Below are positions 1-9,124 of a DNA stretch of 56,024 nucleotides, piece after piece. This DNA comes from a virus. The notes below the pieces were generated by a model. That model searched no databases and was not told the origin of the DNA. It worked only from the letters and a program-made list of their open reading frames with translations. The DNA lies in IMG/VR virus record IMGVR_UViG_3300045988_135919, positions 1 to 56,024 of that record. One strand, given 5' to 3'. Each line of letters starts with the position of its first letter. Positions within the stretch are counted from its first letter, which is position 1. Position numbers and translations under genes: made by a program.

Positions 1-75
1 AAAGTTAGAAAAGCCTTTCAAAAAGATAGAGCTAAATGTTTATTTATCATATTACCAGATGAATAAAAAAAAAAT
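1..75. repeat. Terminal overlap: 1-75 is an exact copy of 55950-56024 (circular closure or terminal redundancy)
   Basis: Read directly. Both copies spell aaagttagaaaagcc...ccagatgaataaaaaaaaaat. Bases 1-66 duplicate the 3' end (TAA at 64-66) of CDS 55206-56015. Confidence 0.95.
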
Positions 76-94
76 AGAAGGAGCAAGTCCTTCT
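76..94. terminator. Hairpin AGAAGGA-gcaag-TCCTTCT after the PrimPol gene; has a T-run only when read on the minus strand
   Basis: 7-bp stem. A10 run lies upstream on plus (a T10 run after the hairpin on minus). No U-tract on plus. Confidence 0.3.
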
Positions 95-183
95 TAAATG
101 TAAAAGAATGAGATAGAACGCATGTTAAATTATATTTAACACATAATTATTATACCATATGTACTATTTTCTGTCAAAAAACA

Positions 184-212
184 TTGACTTATAAAGTATT
201 ATATCGTATAAT
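184..212 (+). promoter_or_regulatory. SigmaA-type early promoter (TTGACT-17-TATAAT)
   Basis: -35 at 184-189, -10 at 207-212. Shares the module AAAACAyTTGACTTATAAAGT with the promoter at 40196. Confidence 0.7.
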
Positions 213-240
213 TGAATAAAAGGGAAAGGAGAGTATAACA

Positions 241-468
241 ATGGATTTTATATCAATGTTAAAAGATAAGCAAAGAGAGTTACAATTAACAACTACTGAA
301 TTTGCAAGACATGTTGGAAAGAATAGAAGTTGGATGTTTGATAAATTTGGACCAAGTCCATATAAGCATCCTTTAAATCAATCGACAATGTATCAATTAC
401 ATAATTTATTAAATATTCCTTACGAAGTTATGGATGAATTTAATGCAAAGTGCAGGGAAAGTAAATAA
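241..468 (+). CDS. Small HTH (XRE/Cro-like) DNA-binding protein
   Basis: 75 aa. HTH-like segment LTTTEFARHVGKNRSWMF. AAGGAG RBS. First gene after promoter 184-212. Confidence 0.55.
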   Translation: MDFISMLKDKQRELQLTTTEFARHVGKNRSWMFDKFGPSPYKHPLNQSTMYQLHNLLNIPYEVMDEFNAKCRESK

Positions 469-851
469 TGGGTTTAAAACAACAAAAAGTTGGGAAAAGT
501 TGGGAACAAGAAATAATTGAAGCTTACTATAAAAAAGGTTGGCAACCGTTTAAAATACCAACGGAAATGGTTGGAACTTGTTTCGATATTATTTTAATAA
601 AAAAAGCGGCTTGTCAATGTATCGAGGCAAAGCATATTCAGGGTGATAAATTATATTTTAAAGGTAGTGGGCTATTTAAAAAGCAAGATGAAATAAATCA
701 TTTTATTAGGCACTGTGGAACAAATATATATATTTATGTTAAATCAGATAAGACAGGTTATTGGTTCACTAGTTGGTTAAAAGCATACCCAATATTTAAA
801 GAAAAAGGATATATAACAAAAGAAGATTGTATAGAAATGAGGTTATATTAA
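468..851 (+). CDS. Holliday-junction resolvase-like PD-(D/E)xK nuclease (archaeal Hjc type)
   Basis: 127 aa. GKSWEQE...FDIILIK...CIEAKH..DKLYF...INHF...IYIYVK follows the Hjc E/D..ExK layout. Start overlaps the upstream stop (TAATG). Confidence 0.6.
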   Translation: MGLKQQKVGKSWEQEIIEAYYKKGWQPFKIPTEMVGTCFDIILIKKAACQCIEAKHIQGDKLYFKGSGLFKKQDEINHFIRHCGTNIYIYVKSDKTGYWFTSWLKAYPIFKEKGYITKEDCIEMRLY

Positions 852-852
852 T

Positions 853-1470
853 ATGATGGAACATAGTCTAAATGTGTACGATACGGTATTTAAATATTCT
901 ACCGATGGTGGTAAAACTTGGTCAGACGTTGAAAAACTTACCGCAAAACCTATTGAATTGAGATTTGATGATTTATCGACCGAACAAGATTTTGATCATG
1001 AATCATTGCACAAATATTTTGATTTTATAATTAAAACTGTTAAGGAGGAAATAAATATGAATAAAGTTTTAGAATTATATGCAGAAAGAGAAGAAAAAAG
1101 AATAAAAGATAAATATGAAAAATTAAAAGAGGATACGTATAATGATAATCTTATTGTTAAAGATTTTAAAGCACTAGAAGATACATCAAAGTTAGCATAC
1201 GATACACTTTTGAAAAAGTACAATACTGATGGTAATACTTTTATCGCTAAAACAGGATATATGTATGAATCTGGGTATAAATTGAGTGAAACAATTATGG
1301 AAAACATCAGAGAATCATTAGTACCTGATTTTAATAAAGAAATGGAAGAATTACATAGTAAAGTTAAGGATATTGATGCGTTACTTTCAATCAGTGATGA
1401 TAAGGATTATCAATTAGAAGTTTTAAAAACTTATGGTTTAATTGATAAGAAGGGTATAATTGTTAAATAA
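853..1470 (+). CDS. Hypothetical early protein (coiled-coil rich)
   Basis: 205-aa ORF. Strong in-frame internal AAGGAGG-7-ATG at 1057, so a nested shorter product is possible. Confidence 0.6.
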   Translation: MMEHSLNVYDTVFKYSTDGGKTWSDVEKLTAKPIELRFDDLSTEQDFDHESLHKYFDFIIKTVKEEINMNKVLELYAEREEKRIKDKYEKLKEDTYNDNLIVKDFKALEDTSKLAYDTLLKKYNTDGNTFIAKTGYMYESGYKLSETIMENIRESLVPDFNKEMEELHSKVKDIDALLSISDDKDYQLEVLKTYGLIDKKGIIVK

Positions 1471-1670
1471 TGGAAGAACCAGTTTTTAAAAATTACAAAG
1501 AAAAGCAAAGATATTACGATGAGTTATATCGCAACATGGGTAGGTCAATACACGTTAGCAAAATTGTAGGAAGAGATGGAAAAGTTTTGCAACCTGGAGT
1601 GACTTATCATAGCGAAAAAGGGGAAATAAGAGCTATCAAAAGAATGGCTAAAAGAGATAAAAATAAATAA
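1470..1670 (+). CDS. Hypothetical small basic protein
   Basis: 66 aa. TAATG overlap with the upstream gene. Confidence 0.55.
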   Translation: MEEPVFKNYKEKQRYYDELYRNMGRSIHVSKIVGRDGKVLQPGVTYHSEKGEIRAIKRMAKRDKNK

Positions 1671-1676
1671 GAGAGG

Positions 1677-1727
1677 AGAAGAAACTTAATTATTAATTTG
1701 ATAAAAGAGTTTCTTCTTTTTGTTTTT
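1677..1727 (+). terminator. Terminator-like hairpin with large loop and T-run
   Basis: GAAGAAACT (1678-1686) pairs with AGTTTCTTC (1708-1716). A T-rich run follows at 1717-1727. The 21-nt loop weakens the call. Confidence 0.35.
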
Positions 1728-1742
1728 GGAGGATTTAAATTA

Positions 1743-2114
1743 ATGAATTTTGTAATGAATGGAAATACTTGGGAAATAAAAGAATTATCTCAAAAAGATA
1801 TATGTAAAGAAAAAGGAGTGGAATATGAACCAAACGTAGGTGAATATTTTGGAGTGACTTTTTTTAAGAAACAGTTGATTGTGCTAGACAAAGATTTAAG
1901 TGCTACACAGAAAAGAAAAACGTTAAGGCATGAGTTAGTTCATTGCTATATTGGTTCGTATATTAGTTTTGAAGATATTAATAATTGGAATGAAGATCAA
2001 ATATGTGATTTAGTTGCTAATTCTTATGATATTATTGAAAAAATAATTAATAGTTATTTTGCTAGATGCGAAGAAATAGATGATCACATTTTAGAGGGTT
2101 GCTTAAATGGATAA
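1743..2114 (+). CDS. Putative Zn-metallopeptidase (HExxH)
   Basis: RHELVHCYIG motif. GGAGGA RBS sits 9 nt before ATG 1743. The track start at 1698 lies inside the upstream hairpin. Confidence 0.5.
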   Translation: MNFVMNGNTWEIKELSQKDICKEKGVEYEPNVGEYFGVTFFKKQLIVLDKDLSATQKRKTLRHELVHCYIGSYISFEDINNWNEDQICDLVANSYDIIEKIINSYFARCEEIDDHILEGCLNG

Positions 2115-2343
2115 CACATTAGATTGGATTCTTGAAATATTACAAGAATGTATCGATAAAGATTTATGGTTTGAGATAAATCCAGATGATTCTAAAACAT
2201 TACAAGATTATGTAAAAAAACTTGAAGTGGATCATAATAAGCTTGATAGAATAAAAAATATTTGTGATAGTATCCCTAAAGACTGGTCTATTGTGGGTGT
2301 TGAAAAAATACATGAGATTGAGGAGATAATTAATGAACATTAA
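2107..2343 (+). CDS. Hypothetical protein
   Basis: 78 aa. Overlaps neighbours in the tightly packed early block. Confidence 0.5.
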   Translation: MDNTLDWILEILQECIDKDLWFEINPDDSKTLQDYVKKLEVDHNKLDRIKNICDSIPKDWSIVGVEKIHEIEEIINEH

Positions 2344-2650
2344 TATTTATAGTAAATATAGAGTAACCAAACATGTTCACTCAAATTATAGGAGTTATGA
2401 TAGTGACGCCGATGATTTTTGGAAAGAAGATAAGTTCTCCCAAGAGTTAGAGTTAGATGGTGGGCGTATAGCAGATTTGATAAGCAATACATTGCGTTTA
2501 TCTGATTTTCAAGATATTACCATAGATTTATTAGACAAAGACACATTAAAATTGAAAATAACTAGATTTAACCCTTTAAATGGGGAAAGTGATATAGTTA
2601 TGTGCATGATTAGAGAAATGAGAGAGGAAGATAATAATGAAAAAAAATAA
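2333..2650 (+). CDS. Hypothetical protein
   Basis: 105 aa. Co-oriented and overlapping neighbouring ORFs. Confidence 0.5.
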   Translation: MNINIYSKYRVTKHVHSNYRSYDSDADDFWKEDKFSQELELDGGRIADLISNTLRLSDFQDITIDLLDKDTLKLKITRFNPLNGESDIVMCMIREMREEDNNEKK

Positions 2651-2981
2651 AACTTTAGAAGATTACTTTAATATTGAAGAGAAAAGTATAGAAGATATTA
2701 TGGACGATGAAGAAGAATGGGTTGAACCACCAATGAGAACCGAAGAAGAAATTGCTGAATACTTAAACGAAGCGTGTGATAAAGTATGGTATATGAGAAG
2801 TCATCCTTGTGATAATCCCGAAATAGAAAAAGGAAGATTAAAAGCAATTAAGAGAGTGGAAAAACAATACCCAGAAGTTAAAGATGGTTTTGATACTTGG
2901 GATTGTGGCTTTTGGAATGGTGTTTTAGGTACTCTTCGTTGGGTTTTAGGTAAAGAAGAAAAGGATATGTTAGATACATAA
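2637..2981 (+). CDS. Hypothetical acidic protein
   Basis: 114 aa. Co-oriented. TAATG junction with the next gene. Confidence 0.5.
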   Translation: MKKNKTLEDYFNIEEKSIEDIMDDEEEWVEPPMRTEEEIAEYLNEACDKVWYMRSHPCDNPEIEKGRLKAIKRVEKQYPEVKDGFDTWDCGFWNGVLGTLRWVLGKEEKDMLDT

Positions 2982-3622
2982 TGGACTTTCCTAGTTTTGA
3001 TGAATTGTTGGATATTAATTGTGATAATCCTAGATGGTATGAATTAGATAATTTACCAAACGAAGAGTGGAGAGATATTCAAGGTTATGAAGGATTATAT
3101 CAGGTTTCTAATTATGGAAGAGTTAAGAGTTTGGGAAGGATTTCCGGACGAAAAAGTAGGTGGGGAGGACAATACAATACAGTTGTAAAAGAGAAAATTA
3201 AAATTCCCTTTAAGAATAATAAAGGATATTGCATGATACATCTAAATAATAACGGAAAAGAATCTAATTTATTAATACATAGATTAGTTGGAGAAGCATT
3301 TATACCGAATCCTTATAATAACCCTGAAATTGACCATAAAAATGAGAATAAAAACGATAATAAAGTTAATAATTTAACATGGTGCACTAGACTTTATAAC
3401 AACACTAAAGGAGTTCAATCTAAAGATGGAAGAAGAAATTCTTCTCGGTTCAGAATGAGACCTGTTAAACAATATGACTTACAAGAAAAATTGCTAAATA
3501 TTTATGAAGGAATACGAATAGCAGAAGAAAAAACATTTGTTGATAATAGAAACATTGTTAAATGTTGCAAAGGTAAAGTAAAGACAGCAGGTGGTTTTAT
3601 TTGGAGATACGCTGATGAATGA
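2981..3622 (+). CDS. HNH homing endonuclease (NUMOD4-like N-terminus + HNH)
   Basis: WRDIQGYEGLYQVSNYGRVKSL (NUMOD4 pattern). IDHKNENKNDNKVNNLTW (HNH). Paralog of 7210-7866. Confidence 0.8.
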   Translation: MDFPSFDELLDINCDNPRWYELDNLPNEEWRDIQGYEGLYQVSNYGRVKSLGRISGRKSRWGGQYNTVVKEKIKIPFKNNKGYCMIHLNNNGKESNLLIHRLVGEAFIPNPYNNPEIDHKNENKNDNKVNNLTWCTRLYNNTKGVQSKDGRRNSSRFRMRPVKQYDLQEKLLNIYEGIRIAEEKTFVDNRNIVKCCKGKVKTAGGFIWRYADE

Positions 3623-6350
3623 TTTTGATAAATTAATCCAAGAACGACTTTGGGGATTCGATTTTGAAGTCACAATGTATGATTGGCTACTTGTATTAAT
3701 AAAATATTCAGATAAAACTAAAATAACTTTTCATAATGATATACCAGACAATGTTTACAAGTTTATATTTGATAATAATCCAATTTTAATAGGACATAAT
3801 GCACGTTATTATGACCAATACATATTAAAAGCAATACTATCTGGTTTTTCAGTGGGAGAAGTCAAGGAAGTCAATGACTATATTATTAATGGTGGTCAAG
3901 GGTTTGAATTACAATATGATAACGTACAAATCTCTCCGATATGGGATACCATACAAGATATTGTTCCTCCTAAAAGCTTGAAAGAAATTGAAGCTAATCT
4001 TTTAATGGATATTACAGAATCTACTGTTAGTTTTGATATAGACCATCCATGGAACGAGGAAGAATATAAAGAAATGCTTTACTACTGTACCAAAGATGTC
4101 GAGGCTTTATTTCCTTTATTTGAAGCAAGAAAAAGTTATTTTAAAACCAAATACGATTTGTGCATTTTATCAGGTATTGACACAACATATAATATGGGAT
4201 TAACAAATGCTAAATTATGTGCTAAATTCTTGGAAGCAGAAAAAATAGATAGAGATGATGAAAGAGAGTTTGTTATTCCAAAAACAATAGATTTAAATTA
4301 TGTTCCGAAAGAAATATTAAACTTTTTTGAGAGAGTACACGATAAAACAATTTCGGATGAAGAACTATTCACTAGTAAATTAGAATTTGACTTCCATGGT
4401 ATGCCATCTGTATTTGCGTCTGGTGGAGCCCATGGTGCATTACCAAACTACAGCTATGATGAAAAATTAACCCCCAATAAGGTGGTTATTAATGTTGATT
4501 ATTCAAGTCTTTATCCACATTTATTGGCTCTACCTGAGTATAATTTTATTTCTAGGAATATTAAAGATAAAAATAAATATTACGATACTCTTCAACGAAG
4601 ATTAAAATTAAAGCACGAGGGTAAAAAAGAAGAACAATTACCACTTAAGCTTATACTTAACACTACTTATGGTTGCCAGAACAATAAATATAATGATTTG
4701 TATGATCCCAAAGGAGCACGAAATACTTGTTGGACAGGTCAATTATTATTAGCGTCTATGACAGAAGAAGTGTTTCAAATTGGGGATGTAAAATTAATTC
4801 AAATAAACACAGATGGCTTAATGGTAGAACTACCGAGAGAAAAATTACCACAATATTATGATGTATGTAATAATTTTTCAAAAAGAGTTAAAATAGGAGT
4901 AGAATATGATATAATTCACAAAATAATACAACGTGATGTAAACAACTACATTTTACTATACGGAGATAACGAACATTTAAACGTTAAAGCAAAAGGTGGA
5001 TGTTTCGCAAGTTTACCAAAGTTAACTATCGAGAATGATGGTACCATTTCTAGTAAATATAAACCAGATTTTAAAGCCAACTCTTTGGCGATAGTTTCAG
5101 AAGCACTTGCAAAATATTTATTATTTGATATTCCTATTGAAGAAACAATATTAAATGAAAATATCATACACAAGTACCAACAGATCTCTCATCTCGGTTC
5201 AACCTATGAAAAATGTGTACAAGAAAGCCCGAATGGCGATATATTATTACAAAAGAATAACCGAGTGTATGCTGGACTAAAACCTAGTGGAAAAATAATA
5301 AAAGTTAAACCTGACGGAAGAAGAGATTCACTTGCTAACCAAGCACCTAATCCAATTATTGACAATGGAAACAAATGTACCATTGACCAAATTAATAAAC
5401 AGTGGTATATTAAACTTGCTACCCAATGGGCTAACGATTTCCTAGGTATTAAACGCCTAACTGAATATAAAAAAGAGGAACTATTAACTATGGCTAATGA
5501 TTTAGGTATGGTTGTGGATAAAAAAATAAAGAAAGATGACTTAATAAAGTTAATTGAAGAAAGAAATGAGGTAAAAAACATGGCTACTAAAAAAGTAGAA
5601 ACAAATGAAGAAGTAAAAACTATGACTATTTATGAAAAAATAGCAAAAATGACAAAAGAAATTAGAGAACACGATTTTATAATGGATTGTGCAAACCCTG
5701 GTAACCTTGGTGGAAAGGAATATGCGTCAATAGGTCAGTACTACAATCTATTACACAACTTATGCGACAAATATCGTTTATTATTTAAATGGAATGTTAT
5801 GGAATTAGAGTCCTTTGAAAAAGATGTATTTAAACCAACTGGAAAAATGCCATCTAACGTGGCAATAGTGAGTTGTACAGCAGATTTCATAGACCTCGAT
5901 GATACACAATTTAGTAGTATAACATATAGTGCTATGGCAGGTGGTAGTGATATTGCCGACAAATCAGTTAGTGGTGCTAGCACATTAGCATTTAGAAATT
6001 GGTTTGATAAAAATTTCACACCAAAATATATGAATACTATCGAAGAAGAAATAACAGAGTTATCTGAAGAAAAAACAGAAGCACCTAAGATACCTACATA
6101 TATTCCTACTGAAAGAAAAGAAGAAATAAAAAAAGAAGTAGTAGAAACAAAACAACATGAAGAATCTGATGACGAAGATATAAAAGAAGTTATCGGTAAA
6201 ATTATGAAAGTTAGAGAGTTAAGTGGAAACGATGAATGGGGTAAAGAAACATTAAAAGCACTTTATAGTGGCGAAGTTACTAGTGCTGATATTTTAGCAA
6301 TTAGTCTAAAAGTTGATACTAAATTAGAAAGTCTCGAGGTGACTGAATAA
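3615..6350 (+). CDS. DNA polymerase (3'-5' exo + family-B-like palm motifs) fused in frame to a HeH motif and an ERF-like annealing domain
   Basis: Exo motifs FDFEV, HNARYYDQY, YYCTKDVEAL. Polymerase motifs VDYSSLYPHL, KLILNTTYG, QINTDGL. HeH motif KEELLTMANDLGMVVDKKIKKDDLIKLI. ERF-like IYEKIAKMTKEI...KEYASIGQYYNLLHNLCDKY...VSGASTLAFRNWFDKNF. GGAG RBS sits 8 nt before ATG 3615. Confidence 0.8.
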   Translation: MNDFDKLIQERLWGFDFEVTMYDWLLVLIKYSDKTKITFHNDIPDNVYKFIFDNNPILIGHNARYYDQYILKAILSGFSVGEVKEVNDYIINGGQGFELQYDNVQISPIWDTIQDIVPPKSLKEIEANLLMDITESTVSFDIDHPWNEEEYKEMLYYCTKDVEALFPLFEARKSYFKTKYDLCILSGIDTTYNMGLTNAKLCAKFLEAEKIDRDDEREFVIPKTIDLNYVPKEILNFFERVHDKTISDEELFTSKLEFDFHGMPSVFASGGAHGALPNYSYDEKLTPNKVVINVDYSSLYPHLLALPEYNFISRNIKDKNKYYDTLQRRLKLKHEGKKEEQLPLKLILNTTYGCQNNKYNDLYDPKGARNTCWTGQLLLASMTEEVFQIGDVKLIQINTDGLMVELPREKLPQYYDVCNNFSKRVKIGVEYDIIHKIIQRDVNNYILLYGDNEHLNVKAKGGCFASLPKLTIENDGTISSKYKPDFKANSLAIVSEALAKYLLFDIPIEETILNENIIHKYQQISHLGSTYEKCVQESPNGDILLQKNNRVYAGLKPSGKIIKVKPDGRRDSLANQAPNPIIDNGNKCTIDQINKQWYIKLATQWANDFLGIKRLTEYKKEELLTMANDLGMVVDKKIKKDDLIKLIEERNEVKNMATKKVETNEEVKTMTIYEKIAKMTKEIREHDFIMDCANPGNLGGKEYASIGQYYNLLHNLCDKYRLLFKWNVMELESFEKDVFKPTGKMPSNVAIVSCTADFIDLDDTQFSSITYSAMAGGSDIADKSVSGASTLAFRNWFDKNFTPKYMNTIEEEITELSEEKTEAPKIPTYIPTERKEEIKKEVVETKQHEESDDEDIKEVIGKIMKVRELSGNDEWGKETLKALYSGEVTSADILAISLKVDTKLESLEVTE

Positions 6351-7210
6351 TGGGATGGTTAATTGGTGGAATTTTATTAACTATTATTTTAGCAATTTTT
6401 ATATGTATTGGAGAAAATTATAATAAAACTGATAAAATATACACACCTAAAGTTTTTCTAAGTCTATTCGGATTATTAATATGTTTATTTGGTTGTTTCA
6501 CAACAATTAAAACTGGTGAGATAGGTGTTAAGACTAGATTTGGTAAGATTGTAGGTTCGACAACTAATGAGGGTATCATATGGAAATCTCCCATTGATAA
6601 AGTTAATAAAATAAATATTAAAGTACAAAAGTATGAAAATGATAACCCATTAGATACTTCTACAAAAGATATGCAAATTGTTAACAATATAAAAGTTGCG
6701 ATTAACTACCAAATAGACGGAACGAAAGCTGTAGCTTTATATAAAACTGTTGGTAAAAAATATGAACAAATTGTACTTGAACCAGCTATTCAAGAAACTG
6801 TTAAAGGTGTTATATCAAAATACACATCGGAGGAGTTAGTAACGAAACGAAGTGAAATATCATTAGATATAAACACAACATTGAATGAAAAATTATCACA
6901 ATATGGTATTAAAAGTGTAGCAGTATCTATTAACAATTTTGATTTTAGTGAAGCATATAATCAAGCAATAGAGAAGAAAGCAGTTGCTGAACAAGAAGTT
7001 CAAACGTCAAAAAATCAATTAGAAAAAGCTAAAATAGATGCTGAAACAAAAAAGGTTAAAGCTCAAGGTGATGCCGAAGCCAATGACGTTGTAAATAAAA
7101 CATTAACAAAAGAGATTCTTATTGAAAAATGGATTGAAAAATGGAATGGATCCACACCAAAAGTAAGTGGTGGCAACAATATGATAGATATAAGTGAGTT
7201 GTTGAAATAA
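6350..7210 (+). CDS. SPFH/Band-7 (prohibitin/HflC-like) membrane protein
   Basis: N-terminal TM segments. GEIGVKTRFGKIVG...IWKSPIDKV...INIKVQ SPFH core, then a coiled-coil tail. TAATG coupling on both sides. Confidence 0.75.
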   Translation: MGWLIGGILLTIILAIFICIGENYNKTDKIYTPKVFLSLFGLLICLFGCFTTIKTGEIGVKTRFGKIVGSTTNEGIIWKSPIDKVNKINIKVQKYENDNPLDTSTKDMQIVNNIKVAINYQIDGTKAVALYKTVGKKYEQIVLEPAIQETVKGVISKYTSEELVTKRSEISLDINTTLNEKLSQYGIKSVAVSINNFDFSEAYNQAIEKKAVAEQEVQTSKNQLEKAKIDAETKKVKAQGDAEANDVVNKTLTKEILIEKWIEKWNGSTPKVSGGNNMIDISELLK

Positions 7211-7866
7211 TGAACTATGAATTTGTTGAACCAAATTCACCTAGATGGTTAAGCCTTGAAGATTTACCGAATGAAAGATGGAAGGATATTGAGGGTTATG
7301 AAGGATTATATCAAATATCTGATTATGGGAGAGTTAAAAGTTTGCGAAAAAAATATTATGGGGTACTGCGAACGAAAATTTCAAAACAAGGATATTGTTA
7401 TGTTGCCTTATCTAATAATAATATTCGGGAAGATTTTAGAATAAATAGATTAGTCGCTATTCATTTTTTAGGCAAATGTAAATATAAAAATCTTCAAGCA
7501 AATCATAACGATGAAAATAAACTAAATAATTATTACACAAACATAACTTGGATGACTCCTGCCGAAAATTGCAACTATGGAACACGCAATAAGCGTGTTG
7601 GTGAAAAACAACATATGCGAGTAAATCAATACGATTTGAATGGAAATTTCATAAAAACTTGGAATAGTTTGAGCGAAATAGGAAAAGTGTTAAATTTCTC
7701 AGTAAGTCACGTTAGTAGTTGTTGTAACGGTTATCGAAAAAGTGTAAACGGCTTTTTATGGAAATTATATGATGGTGATACAAAAAATATATCCCCATAT
7801 CAGCCAAAGACATTAAATCAATTTTCTATTAATTATAAGGAGGTAAAAAATGAATTGGAAGTATAG
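7210..7866 (+). CDS. HNH homing endonuclease (paralog of 2981-3622)
   Basis: WKDIEGYEGLYQISDYGRVKSL and ANHNDENKLNNYYTNITW. C-terminal HTH-like SEIGKVLNFSVSHVSSC. Confidence 0.8.
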   Translation: MNYEFVEPNSPRWLSLEDLPNERWKDIEGYEGLYQISDYGRVKSLRKKYYGVLRTKISKQGYCYVALSNNNIREDFRINRLVAIHFLGKCKYKNLQANHNDENKLNNYYTNITWMTPAENCNYGTRNKRVGEKQHMRVNQYDLNGNFIKTWNSLSEIGKVLNFSVSHVSSCCNGYRKSVNGFLWKLYDGDTKNISPYQPKTLNQFSINYKEVKNELEV

Positions 7867-8932
7867 TGAAGATAGAAAACATATAGAATTAGAACAACCA
7901 CCAAAGCAACATAAATTATTAACAGGAACTAGGTTTGCGAGTTGTTTGGGGTTGAATCCGTATTCCAGCCCTTTCCAAATTTGGTGCGAATGTACAAAAC
8001 TTGTTACACCACCATATGAAGAAACAATGTATACAAAAGCTGGAAAAATTATTGAAAAATTCCAAAGAGAATATGTTTCCAAGACGTTCCCAAATATAAA
8101 AGGACCAGAGGAATACTTTTCCAACGCTTACGAAATGTATAGATGGAATTTCTTCGATGAAAAATATAAACCATATGGAGGTTTATGGGATGCTGTTTCA
8201 ACTAAAAACAATGGAAAAGATATAGCAATGGTTGTTGAATTTAAAACAGCAAATTCAGCAGCGAAATGGGTGGACGGTCCACCAGTATATTACTTGATGC
8301 AAGGTGCATTATATGCAAAAATGTTAGGGCTAGATAAAGTGTTATTTGTAGCTAGTTTCTTATCACCTTTGGATTATGCACATCCGGAAGAATTTATTCC
8401 CAATGAAACCAATACAACAATGATAGTTAAAAGATTAAAAGATATTACTATAGAGTGTGATGGTGAGTATTTAAGTTTTGATGAATTATACCAAAAAGGA
8501 TTAGAGTTTTGGGATAAATATGTCAAAACCGGCATATCGCCAGAATTTGATGAAAAACTAGACAAAGAATACCTAGACATAATTCGTGCCTCTAAACCAA
8601 CTGAGGATAATGATTTAATTACCGTATGTTCAGAGGCTATTCAACTTGCTAAAGATATAAAGGAACTTGAAGTTTCTAGTGGATTAAAAGCTAAAAAAGA
8701 TGAATTAAAAGTTCTTGAAGCATGTATTAAAGATAAAATGATTAAAGATGAAATTTACTCTTGTAACAATTATACATTAAAACAAAGTACAAAAAAGGTG
8801 TTTAATGAAGAAATGTTTGCAAAAGAGAACGAAAAATTATATAATAAGTATGTAGAGGACAAAACATCCTATACTTTAAATAAAAATATTAAGGAGGAAA
8901 AAATCGATGGAAAAAATGAAAGTTGTAATTAA
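7850..8932 (+). CDS. YqaJ/lambda-Exo-like PD-(D/E)xK exonuclease with coiled-coil C-terminal extension
   Basis: LLTGTRFASCLGLNPYSSPFQIWCE (YqaJ N-motif). D..VVEFKT (D/ExK). YYLMQGALYAKML. AAGGAGG RBS. Confidence 0.7.
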   Translation: MNWKYSEDRKHIELEQPPKQHKLLTGTRFASCLGLNPYSSPFQIWCECTKLVTPPYEETMYTKAGKIIEKFQREYVSKTFPNIKGPEEYFSNAYEMYRWNFFDEKYKPYGGLWDAVSTKNNGKDIAMVVEFKTANSAAKWVDGPPVYYLMQGALYAKMLGLDKVLFVASFLSPLDYAHPEEFIPNETNTTMIVKRLKDITIECDGEYLSFDELYQKGLEFWDKYVKTGISPEFDEKLDKEYLDIIRASKPTEDNDLITVCSEAIQLAKDIKELEVSSGLKAKKDELKVLEACIKDKMIKDEIYSCNNYTLKQSTKKVFNEEMFAKENEKLYNKYVEDKTSYTLNKNIKEEKIDGKNESCN

Positions 8933-9122
8933 AGGAAAGTATAACGAACGTACTAATCGTAGCGATTTTGATGTTAGTATGAAGGGACCTGCAAACGTAA
9001 TTGCAAATGGACTAGCAACTACTTTATGTAGCGTTTGTATTGATGGTGACTGTTCATGTGCACAACTTGTTAAGATTATTAAACAAACATATGCACAATG
9101 TGTTGAAAAAGGAGAGGAATAA
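8907..9122 (+). CDS. Hypothetical small Cys-containing protein
   Basis: 71 aa. AAGGAGG RBS. Confidence 0.5.
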   Translation: MEKMKVVIKGKYNERTNRSDFDVSMKGPANVIANGLATTLCSVCIDGDCSCAQLVKIIKQTYAQCVEKGEE

Positions 9123-9124
9123 TA

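Noticed and set aside
1698-1742. Longer N-terminus for the HExxH protein as given in the track
   Set aside because: The extra 15 codons lie within the upstream hairpin and T-run, and precede the GGAGGA RBS that serves ATG 1743.
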